Assembly (NCBI GenBank): GCA_040954595.2
Contig: CM082577.2
Coordinates: 20,806,303-20,870,302 of the forward strand
DNA length: 64,000 bases
Direction: 5' to 3'
DNA from: Balanoglossus misakiensis
Taxonomy: Eukaryota > Animalia > Hemichordata
This document shows, in pieces, positions 48,500 to 62,000 of this stretch. Position 1 is the stretch's first letter; each line of letters begins with the position of its first letter. The position numbers were made by a program, and so were the translations under genes. The notes beneath the pieces were generated by a model that saw only the letters and a program-made list of their open reading frames with translations, did no database searches and was not told the DNA's origin.

Positions 48500-50942
48500 T
48501 CAAATACATTCAAGCAAGATAAGTCCCTGGTAGCCATGCTCTGGTGGTTAACTTCACGCGCCCTCTATCGCTGATAAACTGGGGACACATCTGCCAAACA
48601 AAAACGAAGGCCGCATCCGCAGAACTATAAAATAGCATTAACCGTGGGCTTAACGAAAACTATTAAAACTATAGTATAAATGCTATTGTAATATGAAAGA
48701 GGGCGTGTCAATCGTTCTTTTCTTTGTAACAAACTATAGAGGGCGCATGCGAGCGAGCCATGTGCAGGACGTATCGGTCCGTACTTAGTGTATACTAATA
48801 TACATATGTACTACTATGGAATTTAAAGCAATTAAACATGTTTATGACCTTGCGGCACAATTGCTGGTCGATGGTGTTTGCCTGTCCCCATCCCCCAAAG
48901 CATATATTGATACTATGCTGTCTTGCGTGCGTGTACACACTCTTCGCTTCTATTAGTATTGCTAATATTTACTGTCTCGTTAATGCATTTGTATGTCAAT
49001 CACCTCACCCTAAGAAATATCATTTATGGCCTTGTAAAGCGACGAACATGTGATAAAAGGGTGAAATGTGGTTATCTGCAATTCAATTAAGAAAGCTAAT
49101 GTCATATGGCGCTTTTGTACTTGCGCTTACACGGACTCGGGCGATTAATTCAAACATGAGCAAGACAATTTTGACACAGTGACCGTGCTTCAACGGACGT
49201 TTCCGAACTTGTTCACATTATCAACGATAAACAGCATTGAATATCAGTTCACGGCCTCTCCATGGAATGGCCAAGATCACACCGTTTCAGCAATACAGTA
49301 CACATAATGTATGATGTTTCAACATTCAGGGCACTTCAAGTATTGACACGGTTTTATGGTTAATTCAGTTTTTACAATGTTATATGCTTGACACAGCTGT
49401 GTGTTAGAAACCGTCGTCAAGTGACGTCACTTCGATTCGTATAAGAAGCACTCTGAGTGGATATATTGTTAAGTCAATTCCATTTTGGTACTATGATTCA
49501 TAAAAAGCCACTACAAGGTTGCTTGAATATGACACATACATTTTATTACATGTACAATATCCAATGTGACCTTGAATCTGTCGTTTGACTGCAGACACGC
49601 TTTAACGACGAAAAGGTTAGAGTTCAGCTCAGAGAAGCAACTTTATATTTTTACAAAACAAATACACAGGAAACACCATTGCTAAAGTCATGCTGTGACA
49701 CACCATATTTTCAAATATGCCGTTTAGAAAAATATTGAGCGAATGTAAATGGCCAAGAATTAAAAAGATAAATAAGTCTTGGAACTTACAAAGTAGGTAT
49801 TCGGTACAACATGGGATAACTTACAACGGCTACCAGTAAAAAATGAAGAAAATTGGAAATACGATATTATTATACGTGATTTTTGGAAATTGTCATTTTA
49901 TTACATTGGATAGTGTAGCGGTTGTTGGATGGATTGCATGGATTGGGTTAAAAAGCCACATTTATGGTAAATGCAAGAAGAAAGGTGGAGTGAAAGCACT
50001 ACAACATTAACACATTAATTACGACACATTTAACAAATTGGACGAATTAAGAATGCTATTAAAGTTCATACGAGGGCAAAAGTGGTTGGTGAATTGATGA
50101 CACAGGAGTAATTGCGTGAGACACAATGCAAGGCCAATCGTTTTCGTGAAAGAAGTTTTGACAGGACCTATATACATGTGTATATTACGAGATGTTCCTG
50201 GTCGAGTCCACACTGTGCAGTCAACTTGTAGAGAATCCATTACCCTCGTGAATTACACTGTATGGTCTACATGTGTCATATATACGTGTTTCACACAGAC
50301 GGATATTGCCCAGCTTCTGAGATGAGCCATCTACTTAGTAAGACAGATTGATGGGCTTGGCAGTTCCCTTTTAGACTTTAAATAACCAAACCACATATAT
50401 GTTCGTGGTAGGGCACCCTGAGTCACTTTAAGTCAAACAGAAATAGTAAATGGGCCCTACTATACCAAATTGTAACATTAGCATTATTTAAATGTTAAGT
50501 GAACACGATCTACTTTATAAGTTGTTTACTCGTTATAAATTTTATCCAATATTAAAATATTCCAATGTCGTTCACATCCTTCCGTCCGAAGGGAAACAAA
50601 CAGAGAAGAGCTCTCGAGAATGCACTTCTCGCGAACGATTCATTGGGTGCCAAAACATCGAGTTGAGAGAGTGCACACATATAACTGAGGGCGATCTCAA
50701 CCCGTGCGCATCCACAGATATGCTTTAGTGAATGGACAGTGTGAAATGGTCGGAGGCGTTTGTAGACTATTTCTTCAGATCAACAGTCTTTTGAATGTTG
50801 CTAAGCATTATGGCCTGATGAGACACAGTCCTCCCAGAGAGGTTATTTATCAACATGCTTAGATGGCGCTGCTATTGTATGGCCCAGGGATTTTGCACGC
50901 AGTTAGGGCGTCTAACGAGTGACAGACAACATCTTCGTCGCG

Positions 50943-53005
50943 TCACATTTCATGCCGGTGTTCCCTCTCAGTAAAGTAGTCGTACAGGATCCTCTTCATC
51001 AACTAAAATAGAAAACAGTAATTTATTGTGCAAATATTTACTAAAATTCACGGCATGAATTACATTTAAATATATTTTCAACAGAACTTGGAAGTTTTGA
51101 CTGAACTCTTGCCTTAGTTTTCCTTACGTTCCATGCCCCCAACAACGCGCCTTCAGAATATCATTTTGGACATGCGCATTCTGCACAGTAGAATCACGAT
51201 ATTTTAACGTCGCTTTGGTAATTATTAATCTCGGTTACCCGGACTCCTCTACAACGGAAGAAGCAGAGGAGTCTGGGTAACCGAGACTATGGTAATTATA
51301 TGAAATATAAATGTATGCAGAAGACGCAGTAGAATGTCAACAACACATCAAAGCATAACACATCACAACACAACTGTAACAACACAGTACAACACTTTAC
51401 ACTACACTACACCACATCACACCACACCACACCCTGATTGTAGCGGATCCGATGGTTTGCAGATCAAATACTTACTGCGTCATATTCTAATTGCTGTCGC
51501 ATTGATTGGCCCACTGAAATTTGTCAGAAATGTTAGCTACATCATGAGCTTATACATACAAGATGGCATTTTACATAGATTCGACCTTTTATTTTCAGTT
51601 TAATATTTAACCCTTTAATAAATGAAGACACGTCTCGTAGATTAAAAGTGGACAACCCGCAACCACTGTGGCAAGATATAGAAAATGTGACCAGTTGTAT
51701 GATCTGTGCGTGGAAATGTAAACAGTTGTTGTTATAAATGGTGAAAATTCAGCGTAATATACGAAATTCTTTTTTTTTTCAAGCTTTGTGTATCTTATCA
51801 TAAGAATTTTACTCTCATACATCAAACACGTATGAAGACAATCACTATTCACATTGCTTAGAGCATAATCGCCTTTCAGACCATGCATTTTTACATTTGT
51901 ATACAAATCAACGGTATGCTAGAATGTGCAAACAAACTAGAAACATCTAACTTGATATTACTGTATCTAAACGCAGCCAATCAGAAGGTAGTTCACCTAT
52001 TTCGTCATGCAGTCGACGGCTTACCTTTGAGCTTACCTTGGCCTTGCATCTACCCAACAGAGATTGACACGAGTTTCGAAACAGTTCCAAAATGTTATAC
52101 GGAGGTGGCAAAGAATAGGGCTGTCTGGAAAAGTCGACTAGTAGCGTCGTATAAGAGAATCTCCACTCTCGCATCAAGTTGTTCTTGTTTGTGTACGTAA
52201 AAGAATGAAAGTCCAACATAATATTTGTTTTTCAATAAACCAAAAAAGCAAGTGTAATACGGTCGATTAACTTATGTGAGGCATATGAGGAATATAATTA
52301 TAATAGACACGTCACCAAGTGAATTCCATCATTCTTTTCTGAAGATGTACGTAGCTATCGCCATCATGACAAGAAGTACTTATGGTGTGTTTATAAACAG
52401 TCGCGCATGTGCATTACAGACGACTCCAACCCTTTTAACTCGAAATCATTTCCCAGACCAGCATGTTACATTTTGACTCAGCCTCGCAATAATCTAATCA
52501 CACAAACAGTCAATAACTGGTTGCATGCATTTGAGAACAGGTATGTTCTTGGCTCTTCATTTGCACAGCATCTTCCATTTTCAAGAAACAGTCATATTTG
52601 GCGTTGTAAGATTGTATTAAAAACGTCTACGGATTATGTCTTGTTACTATAGCAAACAGAGACCAATTAAGACCCACCACATACCTGTATATGTGAATAC
52701 GTATTGGACAACATTGCGATGAATATGTTGAGCAGCGAGAGAACTGCCACGGCGCAATAACAAAAGTACATGAACAGTCCAAAAGATGATATGATCTCCG
52801 CCGATGTGTGAGTATGTAATGTTTGACACGGCGTCGTTTGGTTCATTCCGGGTGTCGAATTGGCAACACAAGTAGATGGCGGCGTCGAATACTGTTCGAG
52901 GTCATGAACGCCAAAAAGTGTCCACAAAAGCCTCCACGTGGTGGCAGAGAACCTTAAGAAAGCAGGACAAAACACATTTTCAAAGATCTAAGCAGTGACA
53001 ATTTT

Positions 53006-53074
<69 letters not shown>

Positions 53075-56000
53075 GTTGTTGTCTATAAAAAGGTTGACCG
53101 ATTCTGTTTCTGCCAGTGACATACCTGTCCGATTCTGTTTCGTTGTTCCCATCCAGATACAAGCAATAAAAAGCCAATGTATATGATATTTGAAATATCC
53201 AGAACACGAGATAGAAACGGATAATATCATACATCACTCCTTGTAGACTGATCAGCGTCGGTCCAATTAACCCGCTCATTTGCAAATAAGGAAGTACTGC
53301 CAAGCAAGACGACAGCACCGTGAAACTGCACAAACATCGCTGCAATGTTATTAATATCGCTTGTGTAGCCGGGTCTAATGAAAACACGGCTGTAACCGCG
53401 AAGAGCGAGAACTGCGTCAGAAACATAACGCACAAGACTGCATTTTGCACGCCGAAGGACGGTGACGTCACACTTCGGCCCATGATGGTCCTGATGTCGG
53501 AGAGTACCGATACCAGCAATCCGAACACGTACAACGACAGTATAGCGGAAGCTACATAAACCTCCACCGGCTTCTCATCTAGCAAGGATTGGTCTGGTAA
53601 CGAGATGACTATGAACCACAGGTACAACGCAGTGAACGCTAAATGAGCCATCACGGACATCATACATCTGTTCCCAGCGTTCTTCAGGCCTTTGGCGAAA
53701 CGACTCGACGGGAACAAGAGGTAGACGAGCGCCACTATTGGTAGAAGGATTCCAAACGCGACAAACACCAAGATTGAGAAGACGATTGGCGAATCCTTTT
53801 TGAAGGTCTTTGATTGGCCCTCAAAAAACCACATCAGAATCAGTTGCTGCTGGCACCTGGAATCACCAACGAACTGTGGGAAAACAAAATAACATAACAG
53901 TGGGCAGGTTCAAATATTGCAAAATGCTCAGTCTTTGGCCAAGGTATAGCAGATCAAACAAATATATAATGCGACTTCTTAATTTAGAATTTAGTGCCGA
54001 TAAAACTATGGTTCTGTAAAAACAAATAGAAAAAGATTACTGCTCGGGACTGACTTTTCAAAGTAGCATTTTGGGGGAGGAATCATACCTTCTTCGCATT
54101 ATTCTTGATGGCCAAATCCAAAACGGGCGAATATGAAGACGATGCGAACGGATGGCGTACTTTGTCTCGTCCATGAAGGAGAGTCACTATGTCATTTGAA
54201 GTCTCTGCAATTCTACATTTGCCCATGAGATCCACAGCAAAATCTTCCAATTTGTCTATCATTTCATCAATTTCAGTCTATGCCAAAAGAAAAGGAAAAG
54301 CAAACATCATTTGTGCAAAAATAATGACTGTATGTATGTATGTATGTATGTATGTATGTATGTATGTATGTATGTATGTATGTATGTATGTATGTATGTA
54401 TGTATGTATGTATGTATGTATGTATGTATGTATGTATGTATGTATGTATGTATGTATGTATGTATGTATGTATGTATGTATGTATGTATGTATGTGTGTA
54501 TGTATGTATGTATTATGTATGTATGTATGTATGTATGTATGTATGTATGTATGTATGTATGTATGTATGTATGTATGTATGTATGTATGTATGTATGTAT
54601 GTATGTATGTATGTATGTATGTATGTATGTATGTATGTATGTATGTATGTATGTATGTATGTATGTATGTATGTATGTATGTATGTATGTATGTATGTAT
54701 GTATGTGTGTGTCTCTGTCATGTGCGGACTCAATGCATTTGTAAACAATAACAATGGTCAGTACACATACACATGACTTGTCGACAATCAGAGAGCCGGG
54801 TGTGATGGGTTACTATAGTGAGGGAAATGTTTTTGATACACAAAATAAAGACATTGAAAAACTAGTTACAGATAGTGGCCCTTTAACCAACCTTGTAACA
54901 GTACTTGATATAGCTGTCTTTGGCGAAGGTGTTGATTTCTCCGATTAACTTCAGTGCGCTTATCAATGGATCGACGTTTGTCAGCGTTATATATGACGGA
55001 CTGCTGAGTGCATCGTACATATACAGGGTTTCCAGTTTTCTTCTAATGTGTGTCTCAGGATCTATAAGTTCGGGATTTTCATCTTGGAGAAAAAGCGCAA
55101 CAAAAGCACATACTGTAATTGTCAAAGTTTATTAAAGTTCATGTCATTGTTTTCCTTTGGTGAATAGAGAAGAACTCGTCTTACAATTTGTGTTTCCATT
55201 CTTTCTTTCTTTCTTTCTTTCTTTAAAACCCCGTAAAGAACTGATCAAATAGAACTGTAAACTGTAACTGTAAAGGACCACGTTACAAATGTTACTTATC
55301 AGTGTAGACACTTGAATTCCCCACACCTAACAAATCACATCGGTACCTTAGTGTATGTCGTATATACATGTAGTAACATCGCTGAACGCAAAAGCAAGAT
55401 CATATATGATCTATGTTGACAATGTACTGGTAAATAATCTGATATGATGAGGAGGTTATAAAAATCTAATTGCATGCACCCACCATTTTATGAACAAAAC
55501 CTAAGGAAACAAACAAACAAACAAACAAACAAGGAATGTATCAACTGAAGGGAAACCTGACGTCACACTGTTTCTGTCTGAAACCTACCCAATAGATCTT
55601 TGCTCAGGTGGCGGGCTCCATGGTCCAATAACAACTTTACCATCAGGAAGTGATCCTTGCGAGCAGCAAGTTGAAGAGCTGTACACGAAAGGTTGTTCAT
55701 TTTGAAATATTGGTTTACGTCTAAGTTTAGGTTTTCCTGGAGGGAAAAAAATATAATGTTGGAGACTCAAGAGTTATATTCAACCACACAACAGCCACAC
55801 ACTTGGTTTTTATTGAATTTAACCTAATTAACTCTTTAATTAAGGCCCACGTAGACCCATATTAAGTAATCTATGGATGGTATTTCTGATGTCATGTACA
55901 GAACTGAATGCACATACCGCGGAAACAGACGAGGCCAAGTGTGATGTTTCCCGCGTCTCGAGATCTATCCGTCGAATGAGCCGACAGAAAATAAAGTTGC

Positions 56001-59000
56001 TCATTACGACATAGTAAACTGTCTCATTGAAATGATTACATTGCACTCATGTTTGGAGAGAAGAGACGATGAATCTATAATGAAGTTATTTGCATTTGAA
56101 TAATGAACTTGCCTTCTGACGATGAACCACCCTAGCTGGACGACAAAAAGATCTGAACGTAGCATGAACGTTTTATCTAGTTGACACTTTCCATTCATTT
56201 ACTTGTTATAGCATATATAAATGTATTACATTATATTATCTCATGGTACCGTCCGCGATTCTGATTGGACTAGAGCTATGGTAAAATACTGTTTTACCAC
56301 TGCTGGAAGTGGTAAAACGGGCCCCTGAACTAGCATGCAGCAGGGAAAATGTGCGGTTATACCACAGTCGCGAGGGATTAAACTAAATGATAAAACATAA
56401 AAACACTTGAATTTACGGATGTTTTATTTTGGAACTGCTCTGCTCTGAATATTTTGCACTTTTGTCTCTTTTTGGCGTCTGCTTTATGTTTAATGCTCGA
56501 TCCCGGGCCGCTCGAGTTTACATTCATCGTCGCCATGTTGGTTCACGATCGTAATTTCTCTTTCTGACGCCGTTTCGGTAAGAAAATGACACTGATTTGC
56601 CACAAAAAACAACTGTTGATATAATATAATAGCAATAACCCCCGCATCAGTCGGGTATACACTCGATTTGGGTACAATTCGCTCCATATAGCACTCGCCT
56701 AACGGCTCGTAATATATGTCTCGAATTGTACCAAAAACTCGTGTATACCCGCCTGCGGCGGGGGTTATTGCTTAATTATATTTCAATTGTAATAGAGAGT
56801 GCATTCCGAGAGTATTAAAGTACGAGGTCTCCTTCACTCCATTTTTGGTAGCAGAGCATGGTTGAAGACTGCAGATTTGGACAACACTAGTTTGGAAGAA
56901 GTCGCCAGAAGAAACGAAGAAACGAAGAGACGAAGATGGCAAGAGGTGGTTCAGCAGCAGTAGCAGAAGAAGAGCAGCTTCAGAGCGAAGTACGAGAAGT
57001 GGACAAGCCAGCAGAAGACGAAGCAGAACGGTTGGAGAAGCTGAAGCAGGGCAAAGCCAAGGCGAAAGCGGCTTTCACAAGAAATAGGCACCAGCTGCTG
57101 CAGTTACTCGAAGAAGAATTGCCGAGTCGTCACCAGGTGAGAGAATTCCGTGAAAATCTCAACTTGGCACAGCAGAAGGCCATGGAAGTTATGACAATAC
57201 TGTCAAATACGTACTTTGATAGAAAGGACTTTAACAATGGCCAAAAAGTTGGACAACAAATGGACATACTTGAGGAACAATACGCAAATGTTCAGGAAAG
57301 AACGCAGGACTATCTTGATGCCAGAAAAGATGGTCCTTCGACTATAGGGACTGGCGTATCAAGAAAAAGTAAGAAAAACACAGAAAAAGAAGATGTGGAC
57401 TCTAATTTATCCGAGAAGATTACCAGATGTCATTTAGAAGAAATGCAAGCTCGACAGTATGCCCAGCATGTAAGAGAAGAGGTACAAGAGGGAAGAAGAA
57501 ATTGTGTATCACAGAAAACAGCTTCAAGATGAATATGCTCGTCGTCAAAGAGAATTTGATGAAGAGTTGCAAAGAGACCTTGAGCGTGTAAGCGCTGCAG
57601 AACAAAACGTACAGAAAAAACATCAAGTCCTTGAAGACGAGATTGAAGTTGAACTGGGTCTACAGCCACCGCAACGGCAAAGGTCGGTACAAAGTATCAC
57701 AGCTATTGGCAATACTATATCTGCAAATCCGCCACCTGCCTTTTGTGCCGTAACTACTGTTGTTACGGGCGCGGTCGTCCTCCTTCGGACGCTTCTGTGG
57801 GGAATCAGCCACGTCCGAAGGGTGACGGCGTACATTCTCTCCATCTCCTTCTCCACCCAACATATTCATAAAGTCCGAGAGAGGTACCCGGCAGATCGTA
57901 AACCTTTCGTAGACAGAGACTTGCAACAAGTTTTCCGAGTAACACAAAGTTCTGGTTTATTACTGGTCACACGTAAGAATTACACGACTCGATCCATGCT
58001 CGTTGACTCCCATCACGGATCTCCCGTTATAAACGTGTGATCCCAAATTTCACCACACCTTATTAATACGTTAGTCAAGTATTAAGTCATAAAAAGAACA
58101 CGTCATCTTAATATTTCTTAAACATGAACTTAGCGCGTGATATCTCTATCTCCTTCTGACATGTATCAATTACACAATCTTGTTTACTCTGGGTCAAGTA
58201 CCTATGTCAATACTGGACTAAAACCATACAAGTGAATGACTTCTTACTTAATCATAAACAAGATCTATGATCGTTAAAACTCAATCGTGACACTTCCCAC
58301 TTTTCCAATAATCGAACTTCCACGTTCGATCAAAGAAAGAATGAAAACGAAAACCAGGTCTGCGCTATCGGTTTTAGATACACTACGTCAAAATCAAACT
58401 CAATAATCACCTTTAAAATATCACAGCCTGTTCAAACAAATTGAAGAAAATCGCATAAAACGTTTTCAATGTCAAAATTCAAAACGACTTCACTGTTCTG
58501 ACTTCTCGTCAAAGAGTGTCTCTTTTCCAGTGCAAAATTCAACAGTCAATAACCGCGTAAAAAAATCAAGTCTGATAGTTCTTTCGTACAAACATAATAC
58601 ACTTCATCATACTGTCTCGTTCAAAAATAACCACGACAATGGAAACGAATTCTTATGTGAAAGGATGCGTAAGACTACAATAAAATCACGCTTAACTTCA
58701 ACTACACTCTGGGACTTCTCTCTTGTCCCTCGTATGAACTCACATACCAACTCAAAGGGCCATTTTCATACGCCAGACCGTCTCCCTTGCGGTCATAAAA
58801 ACATCACGACTTCATCACCAGACCGTCTCTCTTGCGGTCATCACAAAAACTTCAACAACTCCTCAAAAACCTATTAAACTTCACTACACTTCACGGCATC
58901 ACTTCAACAAAAGAATACACAATTACAATGTCGAAAACAAGGCAAAAACTTGGTGGAAAACAATATCAAATCAAAAGCGGTTAAATAACGGTCAGTCAAC

Positions 59001-62000
59001 TCACGTCTACTAACTCACGTCATCAGAGTAGACAAAGAAAATACGATCACGCAATATTTCAATGATCAAATCTCCCAAACTATAGATTAAAAAGGCTGAT
59101 TATTCAGTTCAACCTCTGATCAAACAACAGATCCATCGTTGAAAACCCGTCCACGCATTCCATGCAGTCAACAGTCAGCACCAACCTTTTTTCTGTTCTC
59201 GTTTCCTTCTCAAGCAGACCATTGAATCGTCAGTTTCGCCAGCTTTTTCTCTTCTTACTTCTTCTCGGTTCAGGAATCAGTTGCAACATCTCTGCCTACC
59301 CGGATTCTAACACCATGTGTTATTACGGCCGGTCGTCCGTCCTTCGGACGCTCACCTCCTTCGGACGCTTCTGCGGGGAATCAGCCACGTCCGAAGGGTG
59401 ACGGCGTACATTCTCTCCATCTCCTTCTCCACCCAACATATTCATAAAGTCCGAGAGAGGTACCCGGCAGATCGTAAACCTTTCGTAGACAGAGACTTGC
59501 AACAAGTTTTCCGAGTAACACAAAGTTCTGGTTTATTACTGGTCACACGTAAGAATTACACGACTCGATCCATGCTCGTTGACTCCCATCACGGATCTCC
59601 CGTTATAAACGTGTGATCCCAAATTTCACCACACCTTATTAATACGTTAGTCAAGTATTAAGTCATAAAAAGAACACGTCATCTTAATATTTCTTAAACA
59701 TGAACTTAGCGCGTGATATCTCTATCTCCTTCTGACATGTATCAATTACACAATCTTGTTTACTCTGGGTCAAGTACCTATGTCAATACTGGACTAAAAC
59801 CATACAAGTGAATGACTTCTTACTTAATCATAAACAAGATCTATGATCGTTAAAACTCAATCGTGACACTACAAACCCTGTTGAAAATGTACACAACCAG
59901 TCATCATCTTCACAAGCAATCGGACATGATCTGTGGAAACAGTTGCAGCGAGTGTCGATTCCTGTGTTTACTGGCGATAATCGGACATACGAAAATTGGA
60001 AGGCTGCCTTTACTGCTTGTATTGATCAAGCTCCCGCTACTGCCGAGTACAAGCTGTTACAATTGCGCCAATGCTTGTCCGGTGAAGCCCTTAAAGTGAT
60101 AGAAAGCCTCGGACACTCTACGAAGCTGCCAAGGACAGATTGAATCGGAAGTACGGAGGTAAGAGTCGCCAGATTGCACTTCAAATGGAAGAACTTGAGA
60201 ACTTTAGGCCAATTCGTTCAGGTTACCCAAGAGACGTTGAGAAGTTTGCTGATCTGTTAGACATTTCCGTCATCAATTTGAAAGAAGCTGGTCGACATGA
60301 TGAACTAGGTCACGGATCATTGTATGTCAAATTACAGAAGAAGATGACAAGGACAATGTTAGCACAGTATCACCGTTGGTTGTATGAGTAAAGAAAGGAC
60401 GAATCTGTTGAAGTCCTGAGGGAATGGATAAACCAAGAGGCAGAATTTCAGACTATTGCCTATGAAACTGTCGAAGGCGTTAGAGACAAAGTCGGTGTCA
60501 GTGAGTACAAGAAAGTAAACTCTGCCAGAACAATTTTTGCACACACTGAAGAGTCGTATGCTAATAACAAGCCTAGAGATGGACGCAGACGATGCAAGTT
60601 TTGCAGTGATCTTCATGGTGTGTGGAAATGCGGTGAATTCAAGAAGATGGATGCTGTCAAAAGGTGGGACTTTGCGAAGAGAACGAGACTGTGTTACCGT
60701 TGTTTGGGGGACGATCACCAAGGTAAAATGTGTCCTCGAACTAGAATATGTGGAATAAATGGTTGCAGAGACACTCACAATAGACTTTTGCACAGAAATG
60801 ACATTCGGGTCAGACCTACAGGTACAACTACCAGAGATGATAAATCCTATAGCTGTGGAAAAAAGAAAACGTCAACCATCCCCAAGGAATACAGAGGAGC
60901 AATTTCCAGCAGTACGACTTCGTCCCTCACGGAGGAGGAGCATCGACGGAAACCAGACCAGGTATCCACAACAATGATGTCAAACACACCGACCAAATCT
61001 AGGTTTACTACCCTACGCACTGTTCCAGTAATCCTAAAGAATGGCAGACGAAGAATCAAAGTAAATGCACTACTAGATGATGCCAGTACGAAGACGTACA
61101 TCAACGCTAATATTGCAGCTAAACTCGGGTTGCAAGGTGAGCCAGAAAGAGTTGCAGTGAATGTATTGAACGGACAAAATAGAGACTTTTGAGACAATGC
61201 CAGTAGAAATCGGACTTGAAAGTTTGAACGGAAGCCTCGATATGAATGTCACAGCATTCACTACGGACAAAGTCACGGGCGATATGCAAATACGAGACTG
61301 GAGCAAGCATGCTGGAAGATGGGAGCATTTACAAGGTATTGACTTTCCAAAGTTTGGTCCTCATCCTACAATCGATATGCTCATTGGTATTGACTACTCT
61401 GATCTTCACTACTCATTCAAAGACGTCAGAGGGCTACCTGGTGAGCCAATAGCTAGACTGACTCCATTGGGATGGACTTGCATTGGCAACATTCCAGGTG
61501 AGAGTCACCAGACCAACTTTGCCCATACGTATTTTGTTAAGCAGTCAACAGAACTGACTATGCCAGAAAATCGATCGCACACCAATACAACCCTGGTCAC
61601 ATCTGAAGCAGACAAGGGCTTGTCTTGGCGACTTAACCTTGAGCGTTTCTCATCGTGGCAGAGGCCGAAAAGAATCGCAGCCTGGGTGAATCGTTTCCTG
61701 GAATACCAAAACGTCAGAGAATGAAGAATGAACAGGAGATCGAACTTTATCTACTTTATAATGGCTGTCATATTCGCCAACAGTGTTAGCACAAATTCCG
61801 TCAGAAGACAAAGCCTACAAGGTGGACCTCAGTGAAAGCAACGCCCAGACGAAGACGCTTGTTGTATCAAATGAAGATGTCTTCACATTTCGACGGAGCC
61901 CTCTAGACGGATTTGTCTTACTAAATTTAACTTCCTGAAGAAGATTGCTACAGTTTGACCAACGTGGTATGTTGGCTCCGTATATTATTCGAGTGATAAT

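Larger units (their letters stand above)
45607..49117 (+). repeat. Second copy of duplicated flank (paralog of 23620-35665 without the Gypsy and LINE inserts)
   Basis: Near-identical from TAGATGACATTGG to CATATGGCGCTTTTG; only this copy continues into unique DNA. Confidence 0.97.

Noticed and set aside
54189-54776. MYVC/YIHT, HT/CV and poly-S/D repeat ORFs (also near 24500, 46500 and 53000)
   Set aside because: They are translations of microsatellites.
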